Part shown: piece by piece, positions 11,406 to 20,932 of the stretch
Layout: each line of letters opens with the position of its first letter
How positions within the stretch are numbered: the stretch's first letter is position 1
Virus record (IMG/VR): IMGVR_UViG_3300000176_000001
From: a virus
Reading direction: 5' to 3' (one strand)
DNA length: 64,000 nucleotides
Position numbers and translations under genes: made by a program
Notes under the pieces: generated by a model
Told to the model about the DNA's origin: nothing
Databases searched by the model: none
The model's input: the letters and a program-made list of their open reading frames with translations, nothing else

Positions 11406-11649
11406 TCTATAATCCTATCACATAATAAAATTAATGTACACAACTAATTTGGTCTCTTAAACGGTATTACGTTATCGACGTATTCTCTCAATACGAACTT
11501 CTGCTCCTTGTGTCCGGCAGGCATCGGTGTACCCAACATCTGCCATATCTCTGACTCCATCACGACCGATCGGCCAGATTGTAACTGCTGCATCAGGTAG
11601 TCTTGTATGAATGCTGCCAACCACTCAGCATACTCTTCATTCTCGTACA

Positions 11650-12396
11650 TCATGCAACTATCCCCAACCGATCCTTGGCTATAATATACTCCTTGACCAT
11701 GCTGGATCGAACGATGTCATTCTCGTCGAACTCCACGAACTCGAAGCTCTTCATCTTGTTGATGATCTTCATAAAGTCCTTCAGTCCCTCTCGGTCGGCA
11801 TACCTTGTGAAGTCTGACTGCCTGAAGTCACCGCAGAATAGTATCTTACAGTTCTTACCGACTCTGGTTATAACTGAGTCTAACTCGTGAATAGTAAGAT
11901 TAGCGATCTCATCCACAACAACGATACAGTCGTTAAGAGTAATCCCCCTAATAAATGAGGTAGATATGAAGTCGACAAAACCCTTCTGCTTAAGGTACTC
12001 ATAAGCGTCTGAGCGGCCAAACATCTCTGTGAATATAGACTGATACGGTGCCTCATATACCTTGGTCTTCTCCTTGTTATTACCTGGTAGAAATCCCATA
12101 TCTCTAGTCGGCACCACCGACCTAACAATAACCAACTTCTTAAACCTGTCAGAACCGTCGATGATCTCTCTCATCGCCATATAACACGATATGAAGGACT
12201 TACCTGTTCCCGCTATACCATGCAGCATCATATTCTTACCGTCCTCGTATGCCTCGAACGCACGCTGCTGGTTCTTAGTCATCGGCTCGATATACTTGAG
12301 CCTGAAATTTAACTTGACTATGTTCTCTTCCGGCTTAATTCCCTGCTGTCTTGCTACTCTTCTCTGTTTTCTCGTTAGACGCTCGGTTGTTTCCAT
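11650..12396 (-). CDS. phoH: PhoH-family ATPase
   Basis: GIAGTGKS Walker A, MGFLPG, RGITL, DEIAN, TRVG, GDFRQSD, DIVRS. Confidence 0.95.
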   Translation of the reverse strand: METTERLTRKQRRVARQQGIKPEENIVKLNFRLKYIEPMTKNQQRAFEAYEDGKNMMLHGIAGTGKSFISCYMAMREIIDGSDRFKKLVIVRSVVPTRDMGFLPGNNKEKTKVYEAPYQSIFTEMFGRSDAYEYLKQKGFVDFISTSFIRGITLNDCIVVVDEIANLTIHELDSVITRVGKNCKILFCGDFRQSDFTRYADREGLKDFMKIINKMKSFEFVEFDENDIVRSSMVKEYIIAKDRLGIVA

Positions 12397-12420
12397 AGGT
12401 ATTCTTCTTATTGGTTAGTG

Positions 12421-12657
12421 TTAAAACGTGTTTACTGTCGAGCGCTTAAAGCCTCGTGAGTTCTCCCTTTTAATTCGCTTTAATACATCACGAAATCCTG
12501 CGTCAGGCTTGGTCGCCACTCCTGACACAATTGCTGGGGCAGATACTAACTGCTGCACGTTTGCATTCTCTGCCAAATACTTCTCTAAGTCTGAGTAGCT
12601 CATAAACATCTCAAACTCCTCGCCCGTATCAGTGTTCATCAGGTTGTAGGTGGGCAT
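12421..12657 (-). CDS. FmdB-like small protein
   Basis: MPTYN...TGEEFE N-terminus; adjacent to phoH. Confidence 0.55.
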   Translation of the reverse strand: MPTYNLMNTDTGEEFEMFMSYSDLEKYLAENANVQQLVSAPAIVSGVATKPDAGFRDVLKRIKRENSRGFKRSTVNTF

Positions 12658-12869
12658 GTCTCAAGCCTTTCTCGTCTAATAGGTCTAGTAGCTCAAGCTC
12701 TTCTAGATAGTCATAGTCCATCGGGTCAAGTCCCTCGTCCTCTTCCTCGATAAGGTTATCGATATTCTTAGTGCGCAGAAGATACTCTACGCGCTTCTCT
12801 TTACGACTCTCCTTATTGCGCTTCGTAACGCCGTAACCGTCCATGTACTCACGGTCCGCATAGCGGTCG

Positions 12870-13334
12870 TTATGCTTGCTGTGCTTCGACTTGCCCATCT
12901 GACTTTTTTGGCTCCTCTCCTAATAGACCAGGGAATGCTTCTGCTACAATGTCTGCCGTGATCCCCTTGTACGGCAATTTCTTCTCCTTGATGGCACACA
13001 GCAACAGCGCGTCGGCTGGTGTCACTGCCTCAAGCAACTCAATGAACATAGCCTCGCGCTGGGTCTGTGACCTTACAGGCTGACCGTTCTTCACAAAATA
13101 CACGAGTCTACGCGCCTCTTTGTGAAGCATGTTCTCTTGGTCTTGCAGCTCGTTAGCCTTAAATGGTGGTTGACCCGGCGGCAATAACCACTCGAGATTA
13201 GGATGGAATGCACCCTGTAATACTGTCTTCAGTGAGAAGAAGTCATTAGCCTTCAGTGCCTCGACCTTCTCTTTACGTGACTTTAGCTTAGAGACCTTCT
13301 CGAGGAACTCAGCCACACCTATAACCATACCCAT
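12870..13334 (-). CDS. Hypothetical T4-like protein next to rnh
   Basis: WLLPPG.PPF, REAMFIELLE, LPYKGIT motifs. Confidence 0.7.
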   Translation of the reverse strand: MGMVIGVAEFLEKVSKLKSRKEKVEALKANDFFSLKTVLQGAFHPNLEWLLPPGQPPFKANELQDQENMLHKEARRLVYFVKNGQPVRSQTQREAMFIELLEAVTPADALLLCAIKEKKLPYKGITADIVAEAFPGLLGEEPKKSDGQVEAQQA

Positions 13335-13335
13335 A

Positions 13336-14181
13336 TCAATACTCCTGAATGTGCTCTACTAGGTGTTTTAACCTGTGAGCAATAAAATAATCAAACAGCT
13401 TGTCTCTGGTCTTTACTTCCTGACCATTGTATTCAGCCAAGATCTTCTCCTGTACTTCTTTAGGAATCATAGTAAGATCGATCAGAGTCTTGTTACGCCA
13501 GTAGTTACGCCACTGTGGGTGGTCGAACTTGGCCTCGATGCTCAACTCAATGAACGCGTCGATCTTCTTCTGTGTCAATGGCTTCTGTCTGCCACCTGTG
13601 ACAAACACGTCGTCGGGCGACAACACGTTAGGGATACCGTCACCGCTATCACCCTTCAAGATGTGCTCGTCTAGGTATCGGTCAGGATTATCATGAGTGA
13701 TCCACTTCTTACGAACAGGATCATACTGCTTCACGTTGCTAAACTTCTGCAACTGAATGAAGTCCTTGTCACCTGATAAGATCAATACGTCCTCGTCTAC
13801 ACTAGCAGTCACTAGTGTAGCTATGATGTCGTCTGCCTCACAAGTCTCGATATCGATCACCTTATAAGGAAAGAACTCCTTCAACTCTGCACGTATCTTG
13901 TTCATGCAGTCGAAGATGCTTGCCCAATCAAGCTCTGACTTCTCGATATTCTTTTTGCGGTTGGCTTTGTAGTAGGGGAATGTTTGTTTACGCCAGTAGT
14001 TCTTGTTGTCACACGCTATGACTAACTCGCCGTACTCGTCGGCAAACTTACTGCGATATGATCTAAGAGAGTTCAATACCATGTGCCGAACCATATTCTC
14101 CTCAACCTGTGCGTTAGTGTGATTGCCTAACTGCATCATTAGGTTGGATAGCATTACCTGTGATAGGTCAACTATAATCAT
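13336..14181 (-). CDS. rnh: T4-type RNase H / 5'-3' exonuclease
   Basis: YWRK..FPYYKANR, EADDII, SGDKDFIQL, GDSGDGIPN. Confidence 0.95.
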   Translation of the reverse strand: MIIVDLSQVMLSNLMMQLGNHTNAQVEENMVRHMVLNSLRSYRSKFADEYGELVIACDNKNYWRKQTFPYYKANRKKNIEKSELDWASIFDCMNKIRAELKEFFPYKVIDIETCEADDIIATLVTASVDEDVLILSGDKDFIQLQKFSNVKQYDPVRKKWITHDNPDRYLDEHILKGDSGDGIPNVLSPDDVFVTGGRQKPLTQKKIDAFIELSIEAKFDHPQWRNYWRNKTLIDLTMIPKEVQEKILAEYNGQEVKTRDKLFDYFIAHRLKHLVEHIQEY

Positions 14182-14637
14182 GATGTATCGGCCTTAGCCG
14201 TTTCCTTCCTCTGCGTTGGTGTCTTTGAACTTAACTGTTATCGCCTCAACGATCTTTAGTGTGCCGTACTCATCCTCATCGTCTGGTACAAATATATGCT
14301 CTGCGATGTCTGAGAATGGGTGATATAAGCCGTGATACTTACACAGCATGGCACGTATTGCCTCGACAGCGAACGCGCCGTCCTTGATGAATGGGTCTGG
14401 TTCCCCTTCCTCAACACCGAAGTCAAATCCAGCAGCGTCTAGCCTGCTAAACAGCATCGGCAATATTACTTGTAAAGTTTCATAGACATGGTGCATCTTT
14501 AACTCATCGACCATATTATCCACGTCCTCGAAGGACCTGGGCTCACCGGTATATGGTGTCTTTTTGTTAGGGAACTTGATGATGTTATCCATAATATTCC
14601 TATATTAAATCAAGTCTGCAATAATGTACACAATTAT

Positions 14638-15228
14638 TTATAGTTTGGGGATATGGTCGGGGTCACCCTTAAGATTGCTTGTACGTATCTCCTGAGATGT
14701 GGTATGCATGATGATCGAGTGGCAGTCCTCAACAATGCCATAGTTGGTCGACTTGACATGGATTAGTATATCACACAGGCTTTCACTCTTCATCTTACCG
14801 CCATCAAATCCAACCAAACCAATGGTTGTGAATCCCATCTCTCTTGCCTGATTTAATCCATTAAGTACGTTCTGTGAGTTGCCGCTGGCTGATATACCGA
14901 TGGCTATTCCATTATCATGAGGAAAGTGTCTGAGCTGGTGACTAAACACACTGTCATAACCGATATCATTTGCCAAGGCAGAGAACAGTGCCATGTTCGA
15001 GCTCAGGCTGATAACGTTAGGAATAAAGTCAGTGTCTGTCAACACACCCTTTGAGTGGTCACATGCGAAGTGGTCTGCGGTCGAAGCCGATCCACCGTTA
15101 CCAAACACATAGACTGGCTTATTTGTGCGAGCAGCGTGTGTCAGATGAAACACCATACCAGCATAATCGCCTTGGTCGATAGTGTCTAGCGCTTGATTAA
15201 GATACTGAATGTATTTGCTTAAAGTCAT
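14638..15228 (-). CDS. gmhA: Phosphoheptose isomerase (SIS domain)
   Basis: FGNGGSAS.ADH, ANDIGY, ISASGNSQN, GFDGG, VEDCH. Confidence 0.9.
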   Translation of the reverse strand: MTLSKYIQYLNQALDTIDQGDYAGMVFHLTHAARTNKPVYVFGNGGSASTADHFACDHSKGVLTDTDFIPNVISLSSNMALFSALANDIGYDSVFSHQLRHFPHDNGIAIGISASGNSQNVLNGLNQAREMGFTTIGLVGFDGGKMKSESLCDILIHVKSTNYGIVEDCHSIIMHTTSQEIRTSNLKGDPDHIPKL

Positions 15229-16217
15229 ATAGATAGCTCCACTGTCGATCCCTTGTCTGTAAACTTAAAGTCCATCTGTTTATATCCCTCTTCAGCCATC
15301 GTCTCTCTGAGTTGTGCCTGTTTACTCTTCGGTATATAGAACAGCATGTAGCCACCGCCTCCTGCACCGAGCAGCTTGCCACCTAGTGCGCCGCAGCTCA
15401 TTCCCTGCTCATACATTATATCTATGATAGGATTTGATATACTCTTTGCCAACTTCTTCTTGATGCGCCATGATGTATCGAGTAGTGCACCAAAGTCATC
15501 TAAGTGTCCATTCTCTATATACTTGAGTGCTACCTCAGCTATATCTACAAGACTGGATGTCTGATTGATTGTTGTGTTCTGCGTAATGCCACCCTCTAGT
15601 CCCTTGACCTGCTCTTTCAGCACAGAAGACGCTGCTCTTGTGACACCAGTGTTGAAGCACAATAAGTTATCGTTTAGCTCCTCAACAACAGATGGCTTAA
15701 TAAAGACAGGTCTCACCTCAACTCCTGATGAGTTAAACCTAATCACGTTGAAGCCACCAAAGGCTGCAGCGTACTGATCCTGCTTACCAATCGGCTCACC
15801 GCACATATTAATCTCGATATGTGACGCGAGCTCAGCTAACTCAAGACGATTAGTCTTCTTACCAAGCATCTCGAACATAGCGTGTAAGCTACCGACGGTG
15901 AACGTTGAAGATGAGCCTAATCCACTACCACGAGTATCAATGTCAGAGAAACTGCATAGCTCTACATTGCCATACACATTAAAATATTCCATGATTGCCT
16001 TGATGCGATCATGCTTGATGTCTACCCTATGATTAGTCAGCTCGAGCTGTGAGTAGATGATCTTAAAGTGGTTGGCCTGACACTTATTGGCTGCGATGTA
16101 TATGTTCTTATCAATAGAGGTGGAGATGACCATACCTGGATACTTGTTGTAGTACTGCGGTATGTCACTTCCACCCCCAAAGAAAGATATCCTTAACGGA
16201 GTCTTTGTTACAATCAT
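15225..16217 (-). CDS. hddA: D-glycero-alpha-D-manno-heptose-7-phosphate kinase (GHMP family)
   Basis: TPLRISFFGGGSD, GSGLGSSS, IGKQDQY, GGKLLGAGGGGY. Confidence 0.9.
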   Translation of the reverse strand: MIVTKTPLRISFFGGGSDIPQYYNKYPGMVISTSIDKNIYIAANKCQANHFKIIYSQLELTNHRVDIKHDRIKAIMEYFNVYGNVELCSFSDIDTRGSGLGSSSTFTVGSLHAMFEMLGKKTNRLELAELASHIEINMCGEPIGKQDQYAAAFGGFNVIRFNSSGVEVRPVFIKPSVVEELNDNLLCFNTGVTRAASSVLKEQVKGLEGGITQNTTINQTSSLVDIAEVALKYIENGHLDDFGALLDTSWRIKKKLAKSISNPIIDIMYEQGMSCGALGGKLLGAGGGGYMLFYIPKSKQAQLRETMAEEGYKQMDFKFTDKGSTVELSI

Positions 16218-17227
16218 TAGACTTTATACCTAAACATCTCTCTCTTCTTCAATGCTCTCGACTCTGCGTCTGGATACTGCTGAAGTAGTCCCTTCATCAC
16301 TGTATTCCATTGGCTAGATATCTTTTGGATATTAAATCGTGCATCAGCATATGTCTTTGTAAAGCCTAGATAGTTTTGTGCATTCTCGGTGTTAACAATA
16401 TTAACAGCCTCATCAAGATGTGCATAAAAGATATTGGCGTGATTGTTTGGATTGGTGTCATATGGGTACATAGATGTTAATCCACCTGAAGTGTCGGCCA
16501 ATGCACCGAAGTTAGGATGCACGCACAACAGACCGGCACTCATCGACTCCATCAATACGCGGCAGCTCGTCTCAGCCCAGATAGATGGATATGCTAGGAT
16601 GTGTGCCTTGCTAACAGCCTCACGCAATACATCATTAGGCTGGAAGCCATGATAAGTCATCTTTGGATGATTGCGTATGCGATCGAATAGTGCCTCATAC
16701 TTCTCGTCTGCTTCTTCCCAGCCATAGATCTTATAGCTAGAGAACACATCGAGATGAACGTTGTCATGGTGCTTTGCAAGCTCTTCAAACACAGGCACTA
16801 GCAACTCTAGACCACGATGTGGTGTCGAGAAATAGATGAGACGAACCTCATCTTTGCTCTTCTCTACACGCTTGAATGGTTCAATTGGTGTCTCTAATAC
16901 AACTGAGTCGGATGACTGTGGGAAACCAAGCTTATCGACATACTGCTGATATTGCCAGTTGCTCGAGAACACAAACTTATGAAAGCGATCACGACTGCGT
17001 GGATCTTGCAGGTGATTGGCTTCTGGATCTTCTGCTAGGTCATGTAGCCAGTATATACGAATCTTGTCGTCTTGCAACTCACGCACGCGTGCAGGAATAA
17101 CCTGAAAGTTACTTGCTAACTCTGGGTCGACCAAGGCGGCGATTGATCTCTTAGTGATCTCTGTGCCGCCTTGTGATTTTTTTGATATCTCATTCTCTTC
17201 AAAAGCATTATATTGTTCTTCAGTCAT
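16217..17227 (-). CDS. GT-B (GT4-like) glycosyltransferase
   Basis: GGTE, WLHD, YFSTPHRGL, YPSIWAETSC...ESMSAG (EX7E). Confidence 0.85.
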   Translation of the reverse strand: MTEEQYNAFEENEISKKSQGGTEITKRSIAALVDPELASNFQVIPARVRELQDDKIRIYWLHDLAEDPEANHLQDPRSRDRFHKFVFSSNWQYQQYVDKLGFPQSSDSVVLETPIEPFKRVEKSKDEVRLIYFSTPHRGLELLVPVFEELAKHHDNVHLDVFSSYKIYGWEEADEKYEALFDRIRNHPKMTYHGFQPNDVLREAVSKAHILAYPSIWAETSCRVLMESMSAGLLCVHPNFGALADTSGGLTSMYPYDTNPNNHANIFYAHLDEAVNIVNTENAQNYLGFTKTYADARFNIQKISSQWNTVMKGLLQQYPDAESRALKKREMFRYKV

Positions 17228-17253
17228 GTCATCCTCAATAATTTATCTATAGT

Positions 17254-17637
17254 TTATACTGTTTCTGTTGAATTTTCAGACGGTGCTTGACGTTCTAAGA
17301 AAGCCGTACGAAAGTTTGTATACTTAAAATACTTCTTAGTTAGTTCAATAACAATCTGTGGGTCATATGGCTTGCATGAGAAAACATCAAGATAGAATGT
17401 ATTATTTTCTTCTACAAAGTGCGCGCAGATATTAGAAGTCTCGATTAATTGTACGAGAGTATATCCTTGCTTATTACCACTACCAAAGTTAACTACCTGT
17501 GGCTCACCATATGGTACCATATCGATGTCTACTACTAATTGTTTTGCAAATGCTGTGATATTATCAGCAGATGAGATAGATTCCGGATTACAACCGGATG
17601 CGTCAATGATTAGGTGATATCCCCAGTATTCACTCAT
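17254..17637 (-). CDS. speD: Pyruvoyl-dependent S-adenosylmethionine decarboxylase-family proenzyme
   Basis: GYHLIID..GC, LIET-SNICAH (self-cleavage Ser), YLDVFSCK. Confidence 0.85.
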   Translation of the reverse strand: MSEYWGYHLIIDASGCNPESISSADNITAFAKQLVVDIDMVPYGEPQVVNFGSGNKQGYTLVQLIETSNICAHFVEENNTFYLDVFSCKPYDPQIVIELTKKYFKYTNFRTAFLERQAPSENSTETV

Positions 17638-17672
17638 TAGTCAGTACTCCCATGTACATTGTTAAGGTGATT

Positions 17673-18635
17673 TTATTTATAGATCCTAAACGCGGCTGCT
17701 TCACCAGTACGTTGTCCCAAGCATTCCCACTTAAAGCCGGTGCGATCAAGGAACTCTAGGAAGTTCTTATACTCATGCTCTTTATGGTCAGGGTGACCGT
17801 GTATCTCATCGAACACGATGATAGTGCCATCAACAAATCTGTCCTCGAGTGTGCGCATCACGTAGTCTGTTGATGAGTATAGATCTGCATCAAGATGTAT
17901 AACAGATAAAGGACCTGGATTATTTGTGGCCCACTCTTCTAGAGTATTGTTAAACCAGCCGATGACTAACTCAACGTTGTCAGCCAAGTCTGTTGGTGGC
18001 TCACAGGCGAAAGCACCTTTTCCAACATCCTCTTTCCAGTCTTCTGGAAGTCCTTCAAACGAGTCAAATCCCCAGATCTTTCTATCTGGTGCTGCAGCAG
18101 CCATCTCCCTAATAGACTTACCCTCAGCAACACCAAATTCAAGCACTAAGCCATCAGGCAAAGCTCGTTCAAATATATCATTAAATGTAATATTACCAGC
18201 CATAGTAATATGTTTAATAATATCCTCTTCATTATTTCCACTAAGAGTATGTTTAAGGTCTGCTTGTCGACGCATAAAATTAGTTTTATATACTTTCATT
18301 CCATAATGTTTAGCCATCATATTAATGATAGGTTCCTGATTAAATGATCTATCAATCATCATATCAAAGTAGATTGCACTGTCACTGGGATTTGTGTATA
18401 TACTAATCATTCCAGTTACTAGTGCTTGATGAATAGCTAATGCATCAGATTCAGGATTATACTTAAATACGTTTGGATAACCGGATGCTGGAATTGGATA
18501 TACAGAGTATATTGATAGCAACTCAATTAAAAATTGTTGTGATGTATCAAATGATTTAAGACTTTCTAGATCACAATCAGATCCTTCAACTGTGTAGTGA
18601 TAGCCAAAGGACTGACCCCATACTCTATTTGCCAT
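17673..18635 (-). CDS. Fusion of a degenerate SpeD-like domain and a TylF/MycF-like SAM O-methyltransferase
   Basis: aa 10-126 align by eye with the adjacent SpeD. C-terminal LEFGVAEG, GFDSFEGLPEDW, GWF, HLDADLYSST, FDE. Confidence 0.8.
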   Translation of the reverse strand: MANRVWGQSFGYHYTVEGSDCDLESLKSFDTSQQFLIELLSIYSVYPIPASGYPNVFKYNPESDALAIHQALVTGMISIYTNPSDSAIYFDMMIDRSFNQEPIINMMAKHYGMKVYKTNFMRRQADLKHTLSGNNEEDIIKHITMAGNITFNDIFERALPDGLVLEFGVAEGKSIREMAAAAPDRKIWGFDSFEGLPEDWKEDVGKGAFACEPPTDLADNVELVIGWFNNTLEEWATNNPGPLSVIHLDADLYSSTDYVMRTLEDRFVDGTIIVFDEIHGHPDHKEHEYKNFLEFLDRTGFKWECLGQRTGEAAAFRIYK

Positions 18636-18973
18636 ATTATAATCCTATAGCTACAGACACCATCTGCTCTTTAACACGATCTTGCATTTTTTGTTCTAAC
18701 TTTTCTGGATCCATGATAAACTTAAGCTTTTGCTCAGTAGTCCAGTCCTTGAGATAGTCGTTCTCTTTGTCGAAGAGCTGTAAGTACTCTTCAAATGTAA
18801 TGTCACGGTGTCCAATAACTTGTTCACCGATCCATGTTTGAGACATCTCTTCGACTGAGTCATCACCAATAAAGTCCAGCACTAACTCACTAGGAATACC
18901 CTCTTCTTCACTAAAGACGTATGAGTGGGCAAATGTGCTGATAGTCGTTACTAGTACGAGTTTCTTCGCCATA

Positions 18974-19243
18974 TTAATATCCATCAATTGCTTGAGCGTA
19001 TTCAACCGAGTCTACACGAAACGAACGCCAACCGCCATTTTGTAAATCCCATACAGCAAGCACGTCTGTGTTGCTATTCTTATCGTGCTCTTCCTCAAGC
19101 TTTTGAATATTAGTTTGAGGAGGAAGAAGGTGCGGCTGAAGTGTGCAGTGCATCACACGCTTCTCGCCATTGACTTTGGTAAAGCGAACTTCGACTGCGT
19201 GTAGTTTAAGATCGTTTAACAGATTCTGTCTTGTATACTGCAT
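18974..19243 (-). CDS. WYL-like/SH3-fold protein (DUF2693-like)
   Basis: FTKVNGEKRVMHCT and WDLQNGGWRSFR; start reassigned to MQYTRQ behind a GAGGGGG RBS. Confidence 0.75.
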   Translation of the reverse strand: MQYTRQNLLNDLKLHAVEVRFTKVNGEKRVMHCTLQPHLLPPQTNIQKLEEEHDKNSNTDVLAVWDLQNGGWRSFRVDSVEYAQAIDGY

Positions 19244-19244
19244 T

Positions 19245-19514
19245 TCACTCCCCCTCATTAAGTAGTTGCTTGTCACTCTTGTATTCCTCATTGATCTTCT
19301 CTTCCAACTGCGAGTAGCCGCCGATATGGAATCCATCGATAACTACTAATGGATAAGTCTTAGCGTGTGGGAACTTCTCTAGAAGAGTCTCACGCGTGAA
19401 GTCTTTGTTGAGCATCTGCTCGTTAAATGGGATATTCATGGTCTTTAGCAGGTGCTTTGCACGCGTGCAGTAAGGACAGTCAGGCTTTGTGTATAGTTCA
19501 ACGTGGTTGATCAT
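19245..19514 (-). CDS. Glutaredoxin
   Basis: CPYC active site, TYP, HIGGY. Confidence 0.92.
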   Translation of the reverse strand: MINHVELYTKPDCPYCTRAKHLLKTMNIPFNEQMLNKDFTRETLLEKFPHAKTYPLVVIDGFHIGGYSQLEEKINEEYKSDKQLLNEGE

Positions 19515-19632
19515 AGTCTAGTGCTCCAATATAATTCAATCTCTGTGTCAGGGTCAAAACCATTTCTCATCATGTCTTCCCTAACTAGCATCTCAAGTTC
19601 ACTGTATATCATAATCTTCATAATGTACACCT

Positions 19633-20391
19633 TTATTTTAGGCTAAGTTGCTGATCCTTCATTGTCTTCTCGTAGTTATTCATCTTGTCAAGATATCCAC
19701 GGTTACGGAGCTCCTTGAAGACTAGGTTCTCAAAGCTAAACTCACCACCCTTGGCAATACCGGCAGATCTCATGTCTGCCATCTTCTTTCTCAGATCATT
19801 AAACACACCGGCATCCATCTTGTTCTTAATCATGTCGTCGATCATATGTGCATAGAACATAACCTTCTTCTTGAGATTCTTATCAGACTTAAAGTCTAGC
19901 TTCTCATGATTAGGCTTTTGAATCCACATGTTTCTCTTAAGACTGAATACTCCTTGACCAGATGCATGAGCTTGATTTATATCTTGAGCATATGGCTCGA
20001 TAGGATACCCTAGTATCGTGACATTATGGGTCATTGTCCACAGTACTTTCTTGGCTTGTAAGTACTCGTCGACAAACTCTCTGTCAGGATTAATCTTATT
20101 TCTATCTATAAGCAGATGCACATCTATATCTGATTTAGGTGTATAGTTGTAATTTGTATTGCCACCTATCATAATGATGTCTTTAATCATACTTGGTTGT
20201 ATTTTGGCAAACTCAGCCCATGTCTTTGCGAAGTCTAGTAGCTTCTGTCTAACTTCAGGCTTTAAGTCCCATCCATTCCATAATTTAGGATTCAGCTCGT
20301 CATGGTACTCAAGACTAATCTTAGTCTCATTGAGTGGAAGACCACGCTCCTCGCGAACCACTTTCTTCATAGTTTTTAATATTGACTTCAT
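19633..20391 (-). CDS. Pol-beta-fold nucleotidyltransferase-like protein
   Basis: IGG.TNYNYT..SDIDVH (hG[GS]...DxD) and later IEPY; late promoter upstream. Confidence 0.65.
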   Translation of the reverse strand: MKSILKTMKKVVREERGLPLNETKISLEYHDELNPKLWNGWDLKPEVRQKLLDFAKTWAEFAKIQPSMIKDIIMIGGNTNYNYTPKSDIDVHLLIDRNKINPDREFVDEYLQAKKVLWTMTHNVTILGYPIEPYAQDINQAHASGQGVFSLKRNMWIQKPNHEKLDFKSDKNLKKKVMFYAHMIDDMIKNKMDAGVFNDLRKKMADMRSAGIAKGGEFSFENLVFKELRNRGYLDKMNNYEKTMKDQQLSLK

Positions 20392-20423
20392 AGATGCACC
20401 CCTTTTAGATCATCTATTTATAA

Positions 20424-20513
20424 TGGCGGAAGGGGTGGGATTCGAACCCACGGTACCGGTTAAGGTACGTCTCGTTAGCAGTGAGGTGCTTTAGGCCACT
20501 CAGCCACCCTTCC
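20424..20513 (-). tRNA. tRNA-Ser(GCT)
   Basis: Cloverleaf with long variable arm, loop CTGCTAA, GTTCGAATC, CCA. Confidence 0.9.
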
Positions 20514-20932
20514 TAATTCTTTGGTAAATGACTTCTACTAACCTTGGCTATGATCCAACCATTGTAGTAGTCATCTTTATTTAGCACGTCTGCATCAAAC
20601 TGTGCTTTAGCCTCGTAATAAGTGCACTCGCCTTTGGTCTTACACAGCCTGAGTATCTCACGCTTAAAGTTACTAGGAGCCATGCCTTCACTGTTTAACT
20701 CGACTAATAGATCTTTATTAGATCCATAGTAGTCTTTCCAGTCAGACTCGACTAGTGAGCGCTTCTTCTTACCCTTAACTTGGCGTGTCTTTGACTTCTT
20801 TAGAAGCTTCTTACCTATATATTTCTTATTGTTTGTGAGGTTCGTGATAATGTATACAAATCCTATATAGTTCTCTAGGATCTCTGAGTCGACTACATTA
20901 TTGTTGAACGTCCATGGATTCTCGTAACTCAT
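20513..20932 (-). CDS. GIY-YIG endonuclease
   Basis: GFVYIITN...KYIGKK, YYGS, FKREIL, YYN. Confidence 0.85.
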   Translation of the reverse strand: MSYENPWTFNNNVVDSEILENYIGFVYIITNLTNNKKYIGKKLLKKSKTRQVKGKKKRSLVESDWKDYYGSNKDLLVELNSEGMAPSNFKREILRLCKTKGECTYYEAKAQFDADVLNKDDYYNGWIIAKVSRSHLPKN

